Below are positions 1 to 10,372 of a stretch of 64,000 bases of DNA, piece by piece (positions within the stretch are counted from its first letter, which is position 1; each line of letters starts with the position of its first letter). Source of the stretch: Steroidobacteraceae bacterium (GTDB lineage: Bacteria > Pseudomonadota > Gammaproteobacteria > Steroidobacterales > Steroidobacteraceae). The notes under the pieces were generated by a model, which was not told where the DNA came from, made no database searches, and worked only from the letters and a program-made list of their open reading frames with translations. The stretch spans positions 45,596 through 109,595 of the forward strand of contig DASXMG010000009.1 in NCBI GenBank assembly GCA_036495805.1, read 5' to 3'. The translations under genes were made by a program, and so were the position numbers.

Positions 1-771
1 ACGGCACTGGCGACAGGGACCGTCAGCTTGCGCTATGGCTATAACGATGCCGGCGGAACGCCCAATTTCGGCGTGTTGAATATTCCGTACGCCGCGACGA
101 CCAACGACAACGTCGTCGGCACGGCAGCGCCCTCCGGCCCGATCACTGCCATGTTGGGCTCCCCGGGGCAACCCGTCAGCGTTACTTTCACAACCGACGA
201 TGGACGTCTCGCCACCGCGCTGCAGATCACGAGTGGCTTGAGCGCATTGCCCGCGGGATGGAACGCCAGCCCAGGCGCCTTTAGCTGCAGCGTCGTGAGC
301 AGCGGCACCACCTGCCAGCTCGTGCTCACCTATGCACCGACCGGCGTCGACAACGGCACGCTGAATCTCGGCTATTCATACGTAAATAACGCCGGCGAGT
401 CGAAGAGCGGATCGATCGGCATCCCGTATCAAACCACGACCAACGACAATGTGGTGGGCACGGCCAATCCGCTCATGGTGGCAGCCGTCACCGGCAGCAG
501 CAATCCCGTGACGGTTACTTTCACCACCGATGACGGCAACTTCGCGAGTGGTTTGTCCGCGGATCTCTCGGCGCTGCCGCTCGGCTGGACCGCGCCGGTA
601 AGCACCTTCACCTGCATCAGCGTGAGCGTCGGGGCCGCCTGCCAGGTAGCACTGACTTACGCGCCCACGGCCGCGGCCAGCAGCACCCTGGCGTTTGGCT
701 TCAGCTACGTGAACAGCGCCGGAACCACCAAGACCGGAACGGTCTCGATCCCTTACAGCGCCGCCCCTTAA
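1..771 (+). CDS. repeat-containing secreted/surface protein, C-terminal fragment (5' end outside the window)
   Basis: Frame 1 is open from base 1 to TAA at 769-771. The translation consists of tandem ~110-aa modules (GT..L.Y.Y....G....G...IPY..TTNDNVVGTA....VTFTTDDG....LSALP.GW....F.C.......C...LTYAPT). No family recognised. Confidence 0.7.
   Translation, partial: TALATGTVSLRYGYNDAGGTPNFGVLNIPYAATTNDNVVGTAAPSGPITAMLGSPGQPVSVTFTTDDGRLATALQITSGLSALPAGWNASPGAFSCSVVSSGTTCQLVLTYAPTGVDNGTLNLGYSYVNNAGESKSGSIGIPYQTTTNDNVVGTANPLMVAAVTGSSNPVTVTFTTDDGNFASGLSADLSALPLGWTAPVSTFTCISVSVGAACQVALTYAPTAAASSTLAFGFSYVNSAGTTKTGTVSIPYSAAP
16..768 (+). repeat. in-frame tandem coding repeat, about 330 nt per unit (unit 1 16-354, unit 2 355-681, partial unit 3 682-768)
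   Basis: Direct comparison of the translated units. Shared blocks are IPY..TTNDNVVGTA, VTFTTDDG, LSALP.GW and LTYAPT, with two conserved Cys per unit. Confidence 0.8.
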
Positions 772-815
772 GCAGCGCAATATCGAGCGGCAGAATTCCG
801 GACAGGACCGCCGGG

Positions 816-2930
816 CTATTTCCTTCGTCTTGCACTGATGATGTTGGGCAGCTGCGCAATGCGCGACAGGACTTTGGAGAGCTGCGGCAATCCCGAGATC
901 GAAATTCCGAGGCGCATGTGCGCCACATTGTCGTGCTTGTCGGTGACCATGGTCATCCCCTGGATGCTGATTTTTTCGTCCGCCAAAGCCGCGCTCACAT
1001 CGCGCACCAGGCCGCGCCGGTCGAAAGCCTGCACCTCGATATCGACCGGAAATTCGCCGCGTCCCATTTTGCCCCAGTCGACGGCGAGCACACGGGCCGG
1101 CGACTTGACGGCAAGCCGGGCCAGATTCGCGCAGGCCTGGCTGTGAATGCTCACGCCGCGTCCCACCGTGATGTAGCCGACGATGGGTTCGGGCGGCACG
1201 GGCTTGCAGCAGCGCGCATAGGTTGACAGCAGATCGCCGATTCCTTGCACTTCGGCCTCGGGTGCACGGCCGGTCCGCGGCCGTGTATGCGCGAGGGCGG
1301 TGTCGCGCGTATGCAGCGAGCGCTGAATCGCGCCGGCGACTTGCGCGCCGCTGATCTCTCCCAAGCCCAGCGCTTCATGCAGCGATTCGGCGCTGTCCAA
1401 CTCCAGTTCGCGCAGCAGTAGGGCCGTGGGCGGGCTCTTGAGCCCTAAGCGCTGCAACTCGCGCTCCAGCAGCGCACGGCCCTCGACCTTGTTCTGTGCT
1501 TCGTTCTGCTTGCGAAACCATGCCCGCACCTTGTTGCGATGGCGCGGGCTGGCTAAAAAACCCGACTGCGCCGAAAGCCAGTCGCGCGAGGGCTGCGAGG
1601 TCTTGGCAGCAATGATTTCCACGGTTTCGCTGTTCTTCAGCCGATAGTCGAGCGGTACCATGCGCCCGTTGACCTTTGCGCCGCGGGTCCGATGCCCCAG
1701 ATCCGTGTGCACCTGATAGGCAAAGTCGAGCGGCGTGCCGCCGACCGGCACGTCGACGATTTCGCCCTTGGGCGATATCACATAAATACGGTCTTGAAAC
1801 AGATCGACGCGAACCCGATCGAGAAAATCGCGGCCGCCATCCGCGCCTTCCGCGGGCGTCAGGAGCGAGCGCAGCTCGTTGATCTTCCGCTCGTAGGCCT
1901 GATTGCCGCGGCCGCCTTCCTTGTAGCGCCAATGCGCCGCCACACCGCGCTCGGAATCGGCGTGCATTTCGTGCGTGCGGATCTGAATCTCGACCGGCTC
2001 CTGGCCGGGACCGATCACCGCGGTATGGATGGAGCGGTACAGATTGCCCTTCGGCGTCGCGATATAGTCGTCGAACTCGCCCGGGATGAACTGCCAGAGC
2101 GAGTGCACCACGCCCAGCGCCCCATAGCAGTCCGCAATGCTGTTGACCAACACGCGCGCCGCGCGAATGTCCATCAGCTGCTCGAAAGCCAGCTGTTTCA
2201 CCTGCATTTTTTTCCAGATGCTGTAGATGTGTTTAGGCCGCGCCTCGATGGCCGCTGCAATGCCGGCGCCGCGCATCGCCGTCTCGAGCAGCGTTTTTAA
2301 TTCATCGATGTAGCGCTCGCGCTCGGAACGGCGCGTTTTCAACGCCGCCGCAATATGCTTGTACTGCAATGGTTCCAGATAACGAAATGCCAGGTCCTCC
2401 AGTTCCCACTTGACCTGCCACACCCCGAGCCGATTGGCGAGCGGCGCATAGACCTCGCGAGTGTCGACCGCGAGCTTGCGCTGTCGCGCCGCGCTCACGT
2501 CCTTCGCGGAACGCATGCGCTGCAGCTGTTGCGCGAGGCGCACCACCACCAGCCGCACATCGCCGATCACGGCCAGCAGCATTTTCCGCAAGGCTTCGGC
2601 CTGCGCCGCTTCGAGGCCACGCTCCGGGGCCCAGTCGGCCGGCAGGCCGAACTCCCCTAGCTGGCGGAGCGCTTGGGCGAGGCGCAGCGGCTCCTCGCCG
2701 AAGCGTTTCGCCGCGCCCTCGCGCTCGATATAGCCGGCGTCCAGCAGCGGTTGAATCATCGCCGCGATCACGACCTCGTCGTCCGCGTCCAGCAATCGCA
2801 CGATGTCGGCCACCTCCAAAGCGGCGTTGCGCACCGGCTCGCCGCCGGTAGGCAAGTCGACCTCGCGCAAGGCCGTGATGGCGGCATGCAATCGGCCGCT
2901 TAGGGCCTGGACGGGTGCGGTTGTTTCCAT
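816..2930 (-). CDS. relA: GTP pyrophosphokinase, RelA-type (p)ppGpp synthetase
   Basis: 704-aa ORF with the RelA/SpoT synthetase core (HTAVIGPGQEPVEIQIRTHEMH), a TGS-like segment and a C-terminal ACT-like region. The N-terminal pseudo-hydrolase region has no HD dyad and resembles the E. coli RelA N-terminus. Confidence 0.9.
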   Translation of the reverse strand: METTAPVQALSGRLHAAITALREVDLPTGGEPVRNAALEVADIVRLLDADDEVVIAAMIQPLLDAGYIEREGAAKRFGEEPLRLAQALRQLGEFGLPADWAPERGLEAAQAEALRKMLLAVIGDVRLVVVRLAQQLQRMRSAKDVSAARQRKLAVDTREVYAPLANRLGVWQVKWELEDLAFRYLEPLQYKHIAAALKTRRSERERYIDELKTLLETAMRGAGIAAAIEARPKHIYSIWKKMQVKQLAFEQLMDIRAARVLVNSIADCYGALGVVHSLWQFIPGEFDDYIATPKGNLYRSIHTAVIGPGQEPVEIQIRTHEMHADSERGVAAHWRYKEGGRGNQAYERKINELRSLLTPAEGADGGRDFLDRVRVDLFQDRIYVISPKGEIVDVPVGGTPLDFAYQVHTDLGHRTRGAKVNGRMVPLDYRLKNSETVEIIAAKTSQPSRDWLSAQSGFLASPRHRNKVRAWFRKQNEAQNKVEGRALLERELQRLGLKSPPTALLLRELELDSAESLHEALGLGEISGAQVAGAIQRSLHTRDTALAHTRPRTGRAPEAEVQGIGDLLSTYARCCKPVPPEPIVGYITVGRGVSIHSQACANLARLAVKSPARVLAVDWGKMGRGEFPVDIEVQAFDRRGLVRDVSAALADEKISIQGMTMVTDKHDNVAHMRLGISISGLPQLSKVLSRIAQLPNIISARRRK

Positions 2931-3001
2931 GCTTTCGGTGGGTTTAGGCGGCTATTGCCGGTATCATACTAGGGCCATGCCAGCCTCTACGACGAATCAA
3001 A

Positions 3002-3520
3002 TTGCCCGAGCGTGAGATCGCGGCCATCCGCGTGCTCGGCATCGATCCGGGCTCGCAACGCACCGGCTTCGGCGTCTTGGATGCCGCGGGTTCGCGTTTG
3101 ACGTACGTGGCGAGCGGTGTCATCCGCACCGGTCAGGCCGATTTTGCCGCTCGGCTGTGCGAAATTTTCCGCTGCATGCAGAGCATCGTTGCGCAATATC
3201 AGCCGCACGAGATTGCCATCGAGAAGGTGTTCGTGAACCGCAACCCCGACAGCGCCTTGAAGTTGGGCCAGGCGCGCGGTGCGGCCATCTGCGGTACGGC
3301 GAATGCCAAGGTTGAAGTGTTCGAATACGCCACGCGCCAGATCAAGCAGGCGGTGGTCGGTTCGGGCAATGCCGAAAAGGCGCAAGTGCAGCTGATGATG
3401 AGAAGCCTGCTCAAGCTCGACGGCCCCGTGGCCGTGGATGCAGCCGACGCATTGGCCGCGGCGGTGTGCCACGCGCTGCGCGGCCGGGCGATTTTGCTGC
3501 GGGCGGCTTTAAGCCGATGA
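3002..3520 (+). CDS. ruvC: crossover junction endodeoxyribonuclease RuvC
   Basis: IRVLGIDPGSQRTGFGVLD N-terminal motif and RuvC length. The TTG start at 3002 is uncertain and the true start may be slightly downstream. Confidence 0.9.
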   Translation: MPEREIAAIRVLGIDPGSQRTGFGVLDAAGSRLTYVASGVIRTGQADFAARLCEIFRCMQSIVAQYQPHEIAIEKVFVNRNPDSALKLGQARGAAICGTANAKVEVFEYATRQIKQAVVGSGNAEKAQVQLMMRSLLKLDGPVAVDAADALAAAVCHALRGRAILLRAALSR

Positions 3521-4116
3521 TCGGCTTCCTCAAGGGCCGGCTGGCAATGAAGCAGCCGCCAACGCTGATGCTCGATGTCAACGGCGTCGGCTATGAGCTG
3601 GAAGCGCCGATGTCGACTTTCTATGCGCTTCCGTCCACCGGTGAACCGGTCGCGCTGTTCACTCACCTGGTGGTGCGCGAGGATGCGCATATATTGTTCG
3701 GATTCGGCACCGACAGCGAGCGGCGCCTGTTCCGCGGGCTGCTGAAAGTATCGGGAGTCGGGCCGAAGATCGCACTGGGCGTGCTGTCGGGCGCCAGCGT
3801 GGAGGATTTCTTGCGCACCATCGAGGCCGAGGACGTGGCCATGCTGCAGCGAATTCCCGGCATCGGCCGAAAAACCGCGGAACGAATCATCATCGAGATG
3901 CGCGACAGCGTGCAGAAACTGTCATTGCCCACGCTCGCGGGCAATCCCTTGAGCCCGGGCGCCGCGCAATCGGCGCAGAGCGAGGCGTTCAGCGCGCTGA
4001 TCGCTTTGGGCTATAAGCCCGCTGAAGTGACGCGGCTCTTGAAGTCGGCCGATGAACCGGGCCTGTCGACGACCGAAATCATTCGCCGCGCCCTCAAATC
4101 CGCGGTGAAAGCTTAA
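3517..4116 (+). CDS. ruvA: Holliday junction DNA helicase subunit RuvA
   Basis: MIGFLKGRL... N-terminus and the HhH region [16 protein letters not shown] 3517 overlaps the ruvC stop (ATGA). The longer ORF from 3466 is an upstream extension. Confidence 0.92.
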   Translation: MIGFLKGRLAMKQPPTLMLDVNGVGYELEAPMSTFYALPSTGEPVALFTHLVVREDAHILFGFGTDSERRLFRGLLKVSGVGPKIALGVLSGASVEDFLRTIEAEDVAMLQRIPGIGRKTAERIIIEMRDSVQKLSLPTLAGNPLSPGAAQSAQSEAFSALIALGYKPAEVTRLLKSADEPGLSTTEIIRRALKSAVKA

Positions 4117-4124
4117 GATCGCAT

Positions 4125-5168
<1,044 letters not shown>

Positions 5169-5582
5169 ATGGTTGCGGCGCCGAGCTTCCGCAAAGCGTT
5201 CAACGTTTACTGGGAAGATACCGATGCCGGCGGCGTCGTGTATTACGCGAACTACCTGAAGTTCCTGGAGCGCTGCAGAACCGATTGGCTGCGGGCCTTA
5301 GGTATAGATCAGCAGCAGCTGCGGGCCGAGCGCGGCCTGCAGTTCGTCGTGGTAAATATTACCGTTGATTTCCTGCGGCCCGCGGTGCTGCATGATGAAA
5401 TTCTCGTCACGGCTACCCTTGAGCGTCTGGCGGGTGCCACAATACATTTCAAGCAAACGATAGAGCGGAGCGGCGAGCAGCTGATCGATGCCACTGTGCG
5501 TGTTGCCTGCCTCGATTCCGGCACGCTGAAGCCGCGTGCCATCCCCAAGGATCTTTTCACGGAGTGGCGCAATGCCGAATGA
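5169..5582 (+). CDS. ybgC: Tol-Pal-associated acyl-CoA thioesterase YbgC (4HBT family)
   Basis: YWEDTDAGGVVYYANYLKFLERCRTDWL hot-dog thioesterase motif, positioned directly upstream of tolQ. Confidence 0.9.
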   Translation: MVAAPSFRKAFNVYWEDTDAGGVVYYANYLKFLERCRTDWLRALGIDQQQLRAERGLQFVVVNITVDFLRPAVLHDEILVTATLERLAGATIHFKQTIERSGEQLIDATVRVACLDSGTLKPRAIPKDLFTEWRNAE

Positions 5583-6255
5583 CTTGTCGGTTTGGAGCAT
5601 GGTGCTTGATGCGAGCCCCATCGTGCAGGTGGTGGTGGCGATTCTGCTGATCGCCTCGGTGTCTTCCTGGGCAGTCATCTTTGGCAAGAGCCAGGTGATC
5701 GGACGCTCGCGCCGCCAGGCCGAGAAATTTGAGACCGCCTTTTGGTCCGGCGGCGATCTGGCAACTTTGTATCGCAACATCGAAACCAAGGGACGCGCGG
5801 GCACGGGACTGCAGAGCATTTTCGAGTCCGGCTTCGGCGAATTCAGCCGGCTGCGGCAGCAGGGCGTACCGGCGGAACAGCTGCTGGACGGCGCGCGGCG
5901 CGCGATGCGGGTCGCGCAATTGCGCGAGTTGGATCGCTTGGAGCAACACCTCGCGATGCTGGCCACGGTCGGCTCGACCAGTCCTTATGTGGGATTGTTC
6001 GGTACGGTTTGGGGCATCATGACTGCGTTCCACAACCTCGGTAATGTGCAGCAGGCGACGCTCGCGGCGGTCGCCCCCGGCATCGCCGAAGCGCTGATCA
6101 CGACGGCTGTGGGCTTGTTCGCGGCCATCCCCGCCGTCGTGGCCTACAATCGCCTCGCCGATCAGGTCAGCCGCCTGGAACTGCGCTTCGATACTTTCGT
6201 CGAAGAGTTCTCTACCATCTTGCAGCGCCACGGTTCCACTCGGGCGCAGGTCTGA
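5572..6255 (+). CDS. tolQ: Tol-Pal system protein TolQ
   Basis: MotA/TolQ/ExbB-type membrane protein (…GSTSPYVGLFGTVWGIM…). ATG 5572 gives the canonical 227 aa and overlaps the ybgC end by 11 nt. Confidence 0.93.
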   Translation: MPNDLSVWSMVLDASPIVQVVVAILLIASVSSWAVIFGKSQVIGRSRRQAEKFETAFWSGGDLATLYRNIETKGRAGTGLQSIFESGFGEFSRLRQQGVPAEQLLDGARRAMRVAQLRELDRLEQHLAMLATVGSTSPYVGLFGTVWGIMTAFHNLGNVQQATLAAVAPGIAEALITTAVGLFAAIPAVVAYNRLADQVSRLELRFDTFVEEFSTILQRHGSTRAQV

Positions 6256-6259
6256 CGAG

Positions 6260-6742
6260 ATGCCGACGCCGCACCGCCGCCGCCGATTGATGGGCGAAAT
6301 CAACGTGGTGCCGTACATCGACGTCATGCTGGTGCTGCTCATCATATTCATGATCACGGCGCCCTTGCTCAAGGAAGGGGTCAAGGTCGACTTGCCTGAT
6401 GCCGGCGCGAAGCCGATCGATGCGGATTTCCTGGCAAAACACGAGCCGCTCATCCTGACCATCGATTCCAGCGGGCGCTTATTCATCAACTTCGGCCAAA
6501 ACCAAGATCAACCCGTGCCGGAGTCAACCGTCAGCTCGCGCACGGCGGCGCTGCTCCGCCGCGACCCTCAGACCCCGGTCCTGGTCAAGGCCGACACCAC
6601 CGTACCCTACGGCACCGTGGTGCGGGCCATGGTGCTGCTGCAGAAGGCGGGTGCTGCGAAGGTCGGGTTTCTGACCGACCCGGTACGCAATGTGCCCGGA
6701 CCGCGCGCTGCACCCAATGGAGCGCCCCGCGGAGCGCGCTGA
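6260..6742 (+). CDS. tolR: Tol-Pal system protein TolR (ExbD/TolR family)
   Basis: INVVPYIDVMLVLLIIFMITAPLL motif, located between tolQ and tolA. Confidence 0.93.
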   Translation: MPTPHRRRRLMGEINVVPYIDVMLVLLIIFMITAPLLKEGVKVDLPDAGAKPIDADFLAKHEPLILTIDSSGRLFINFGQNQDQPVPESTVSSRTAALLRRDPQTPVLVKADTTVPYGTVVRAMVLLQKAGAAKVGFLTDPVRNVPGPRAAPNGAPRGAR

Positions 6743-7626
6743 TGCCCCGTTTCTTTCGCGAACATTCATGGCCGATCGTATTCTCCGTGGCTTTGCACGG
6801 CTTGCTGGCGGCGGCGCTGCTGGCGGCATCCCTCATTTCCATCAACCACTCGCTGCCGAAGCTGCAGCCGATTCCCGTCGATGCCGTCGTCGTCGATTCA
6901 CAAGTCCTGCATGCCGCGCAGCGTGCGTTGACCGAGCGGGCCGAGCAGGAAGCGGCGCGGGTGCGCGCGGCCGCCGACGCAAAGGCAGCCGCGGATGCCG
7001 CCGCTGCGCAGGCCACGGCGGATGCGCAAATGGCGGCGGAAAAGCAGCGCGCCGCGGAGGAGGCAAAGAGCGCCGCAGCGGAGGTTGAGCGCACCAGGCA
7101 AGCCGAGGCGGCGAAGGCTACCGAGGCGCAGAAAGCCGCCGCCGCGAAGCATGCCGAGGACCTCAAACGGGCGGAGGATGCGAAGCGCGCCGACGATGCC
7201 AAACGTGCCGATGACGCCAAGCGCGCGGCGGAAGCCAAACAGGCCGATGATGCGAAGCGTGCTGCGGATCTCAAAGCGAAGGCCGATCGCGAGGCGGAGT
7301 TGCGGCGTCAACTTGCCGAAGAGGAGCATGTGAGTGCGGTCGAGGCCAGCCCGGCGCGCGCGCAATATATTGCGCGGCTGGCCGCCAGAATTCAGAATGC
7401 CTGGATCAAGCCGCCATCGGCACGTGCCGGGCTCGATTGCATTGTAAACATTACACAGATACCGGGTGGCGAGGTCACGAGCGCTCACGTCAGCCAATGC
7501 AATGGCGACGCCGCGGCCCGCCAGTCGATCGAGAATGCGGTGTACCGGGCGTCGCCCTTGCCGGCGCCGCCGGACCCGGCATTATTCGAGCGCAATCTTG
7601 TAATTCACTTTCATCCTGACGAATAG
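6742..7626 (+). CDS. tolA: Tol-Pal system protein TolA
   Basis: N-terminal TM anchor, a long Ala/Glu/Lys/Asp-rich helical domain and a C-terminal TonB/TolA-like domain. TGATG junction with tolR. Confidence 0.9.
   Translation: MPRFFREHSWPIVFSVALHGLLAAALLAASLISINHSLPKLQPIPVDAVVVDSQVLHAAQRALTERAEQEAARVRAAADAKAAADAAAAQATADAQMAAEKQRAAEEAKSAAAEVERTRQAEAAKATEAQKAAAAKHAEDLKRAEDAKRADDAKRADDAKRAAEAKQADDAKRAADLKAKADREAELRRQLAEEEHVSAVEASPARAQYIARLAARIQNAWIKPPSARAGLDCIVNITQIPGGEVTSAHVSQCNGDAAARQSIENAVYRASPLPAPPDPALFERNLVIHFHPDE
7171..7275 (+). repeat. 15-nt periodic coding repeat in the TolA helical domain (DAKRA pentapeptide units)
   Basis: The translation reads AEDAKRADDAKRADDAKRAAEAKQADDAKRAAD. The nucleotide units gatgc(g/c)aa(g/a)cg(c/t)gc recur in phase. 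Confidence 0.7.
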
Positions 7627-7634
7627 AGTTACCC

Positions 7635-8936
7635 ATGCACAAGCTGTTTTCCTGTTTGGCTGTCCTCGCGCTGGTGTGGGCTTGCCCTTTGGCGCACGCC
7701 TCCGAGTTTGTGGTCGAGGTCACGAAAGGTCAGACGGAAGCCATTCCGATTGCCGTGGTGCCGTTCGCCTCGCCGGAAATGACGGCCGCGACGTTCGACG
7801 TCGCGCAGCTGGTGAGCGACGATCTGGCGCGCAGCGGCCGCTTCAAGACCATGGACCGCAAGGACATGATCGACCAGCCGCACGCCGGTGCCAACATCGG
7901 TTTCGATGATTGGCGCCGACTGAACAACGACTATATGGTGGTGGGTTCCATGCAGGCGGACGGCACGGACTACTACAAGATCACTTACGAGTTGTACAAC
8001 GTCCTCACCAAGCAGCGCTTGCTGGGGTTTCAGGTCAGCGCCAATCGGCCGGGCTTGCGATCCGCAGGCCATCAAATCGCCGACGCCATATTTGAAAAAA
8101 TCCTCGGCATTCGCGGCGCATTCTCCACACGTATTGCCTACATCTCGGTGCTGGGGCATCTGCCCGACAAGACCTTTCAGCTCATCGTCGCGGACGCCGA
8201 CGGTGAGAACCCGCGCGTCGTCATGCAGTCTCACGAGCCGCTGATGTCGCCTTCTTGGTCGCCGGATGGCTCGAGCCTGGCTTACGTCTCCTTCGAGGCG
8301 CGATTGCCCACGGTGTATGTGCAGACTCTGAAAACCGGCGATCGGCACGTTGTCTCGGCGCAAGCCGGCGTGAATCAGGCGCCGGCCTGGTCCCCGGACG
8401 GCAAGAAATTGGCGCTGGTGCTGTCCACGCGCGACGGCAACCTGGACATCTATGTGAAGGACTTGACCACCCAGCAACTGACTCGCATCACGGACGATCC
8501 CGGAATCGATACCGAGCCGCAGTGGTCCAAGGATGGCCAAAGCATCTATTTCACCTCCGATCGGGCCGGCGGCCCGCAGATCTACAAGGTCGGAATCAGA
8601 CCGGGCGACAAGCCGCGGCGCCTCACCTTTCAAGGCAGCTACAATGCGCGGGCGCGTCTTTCCCCCGACGAATCGCAGCTGGCTTTTGTCACCCAGGAAG
8701 ATGGCGCCTATCGGATAGCAACCATGGACCTTCGCGGGCACGGCGATGTCCAAGTGCTGACCAAGGGCCGTTTTGATGTTTCACCCTGCTATGCGCCCAA
8801 TGGGGCGGTGCTGATTTATGCCAGCCGGGACAAGGGAAGAGGCGTCCTGGCCCTGGTCAGCGCCGATGGCAGAGTGCAGCAACGCCTGGTATCGAGCGAA
8901 GGAGAACTTCAAGAGCCGGCTTGGGCGCCATTCTGA
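7635..8936 (+). CDS. tolB: Tol-Pal system beta-propeller protein TolB
   Basis: Signal peptide MHKLFSCLAVLALVWACPLAHA, repeated SPDG/WSPDG propeller blades, 433 aa. Confidence 0.96.
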   Translation: MHKLFSCLAVLALVWACPLAHASEFVVEVTKGQTEAIPIAVVPFASPEMTAATFDVAQLVSDDLARSGRFKTMDRKDMIDQPHAGANIGFDDWRRLNNDYMVVGSMQADGTDYYKITYELYNVLTKQRLLGFQVSANRPGLRSAGHQIADAIFEKILGIRGAFSTRIAYISVLGHLPDKTFQLIVADADGENPRVVMQSHEPLMSPSWSPDGSSLAYVSFEARLPTVYVQTLKTGDRHVVSAQAGVNQAPAWSPDGKKLALVLSTRDGNLDIYVKDLTTQQLTRITDDPGIDTEPQWSKDGQSIYFTSDRAGGPQIYKVGIRPGDKPRRLTFQGSYNARARLSPDESQLAFVTQEDGAYRIATMDLRGHGDVQVLTKGRFDVSPCYAPNGAVLIYASRDKGRGVLALVSADGRVQQRLVSSEGELQEPAWAPF

Positions 8937-9020
8937 TTGTACAAACTAATACACAAATAGACTCATCGTCGGTACCCTTACAACCTATTGATCCACTTAG
9001 GACCCCGGACGGAGAAATAA

Positions 9021-9569
9021 ATGAAACGCATTCTATCGATCGCTGTGCTCATCGCAGGCGCTGCGCTGCTGGCCGGTTGCCCCAAGAAGCACAATGTGAA
9101 TGACGCCCCCGTCGCCGGTGCTCAGGTTCCGGATTCGAGCGGAAACTCCGCCGAAGGTGCATCGACCTCGACGTCGGCGCTCGCCGGCGACGCGAACAGC
9201 AGTTCGCGCGGCCTGAACGGCGAAGGCACGGGGCCTCTCGCGCGCAAGATCATCTATTTCGATTTCGACAAGTCGGAGATCAAGCCGGAGTTCGCGGATA
9301 TCGTGACCGCCGCGGCACACAATCTGAGCGCAAATCCACGCTTGAAGATGAAACTCGAGGGCAACACCGACGAGCGCGGTACGCGCGAATACAATATCGG
9401 CTTGGGCGAGCGCCGGGCACAGGCGGTGCGCCGGGCCTTGATGCTGCAAGGCGTGGCGGAGTCGCAAGTATCGACGGTTAGTTTCGGCGCTGAGCGGCCC
9501 GCGGCCGAGGGCGATGACGAAGCCGCGTGGGCGAAAAACCGACGCGTGGAACTGGTCTATCTGCCGTGA
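9021..9569 (+). CDS. pal: peptidoglycan-associated lipoprotein Pal
   Basis: Lipobox LLAGC and an OmpA-like C-terminal domain (GNTDERGTREYNIGLGERRA). Confidence 0.96.
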   Translation: MKRILSIAVLIAGAALLAGCPKKHNVNDAPVAGAQVPDSSGNSAEGASTSTSALAGDANSSSRGLNGEGTGPLARKIIYFDFDKSEIKPEFADIVTAAAHNLSANPRLKMKLEGNTDERGTREYNIGLGERRAQAVRRALMLQGVAESQVSTVSFGAERPAAEGDDEAAWAKNRRVELVYLP

Positions 9570-10372
9570 ATACGCGCGCGTTACTCGCCTTGAGCGTTGC
9601 CTGCGCCTGGTCATTGAGCGGTTGCGCCTCCACCCCGCCGGACGAGGATCCGGTGCAAATCAAATTGAAAGACCTGGACACGCGCCTGGCGCGCATCGAG
9701 CGGGTGATGGCCAATCAGAGCCTGCTCGAGGTGGCGAACCAGCTGGAAGCTCTGCGTGCCGACGTTCGCGGTATGCATAACGATGTGGACCAGCTGAACA
9801 ATGCCCTGGAAACGGGGCGTAAACAGCAGCGAGATATGTATGCGGACCTGGATCAACGCATGAAAAATCTCGAGTCGCGCAGCAGCGCCGCGGGAGCAGC
9901 GGGCTCCGCGGCCGGCGGCGCGACCGCGGCCGGCTCAGCCGGTGCTCCCGCCGCCGCAGGGACAGCCGCAGGCGCCTCGGACTCCGGCGAGGACAAAGGC
10001 GCTTATCAGGCGGCCTTCAACTTGCTCAAAGACGGCCAATATGACCGCGCCATTGTCGCCTTCCAGAAGTTCCTGGTGGCCTATCCCGATAGCTCCCTGT
10101 CGGACAATGCGCAGTACTGGCTGGGTGAGGCCTACTATGTGAATAAGGCCTATCCGGAAGCCGAGGCGTCATTTCAGCGCGTCGTCGACAAGTATCCGCA
10201 ATCTCGCAAGCTCGGCGATGCGCTGCTCAAGATTGGATTCTGCCGCTATGAGCTAAAGCAATGGCAGTCCGCCCGCGAAGTGCTCGGCCAAGTGGTGGCG
10301 CGATTTACCGATACGCCCGCGGCGCGCCTGGCCCAACAACGGCTTGATAAGATGTCGGCCGAGAAACATTGA
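9566..10372 (+). CDS. cpoB: cell division coordinator CpoB/YbgF (TPR protein)
   Basis: GTG 9566 overlaps the pal stop (GTGA). Coiled-coil N-terminal part plus a TPR C-terminal part (YQAAFNLLKDGQYDRAIVAFQKFL…). The signal sequence ends in the lipobox-like LSGC. Confidence 0.88.
   Translation: MNTRALLALSVACAWSLSGCASTPPDEDPVQIKLKDLDTRLARIERVMANQSLLEVANQLEALRADVRGMHNDVDQLNNALETGRKQQRDMYADLDQRMKNLESRSSAAGAAGSAAGGATAAGSAGAPAAAGTAAGASDSGEDKGAYQAAFNLLKDGQYDRAIVAFQKFLVAYPDSSLSDNAQYWLGEAYYVNKAYPEAEASFQRVVDKYPQSRKLGDALLKIGFCRYELKQWQSAREVLGQVVARFTDTPAARLAQQRLDKMSAEKH

Noticed and set aside
7755-7775. GTGCCGTTCGCC inside tolB resembling box 2 of the conserved element.
   Set aside because: It lies within coding sequence (VVPFAS), with no box 1 and no -35/-10 at the required spacings. 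Most likely a chance 12-mer in GC-rich DNA.
7629-8753. 374-aa ORF antisense to tolB. Similar long antisense or out-of-frame ORFs occur at 5557-6489, 6585-7274, 24245-25381, 48315-49799 and 51090-52439.
   Set aside because: The translations are Arg/Gly/His-rich with no motifs. They lie fully inside well-supported genes on the other strand. Such shadow ORFs are expected in high-GC DNA.
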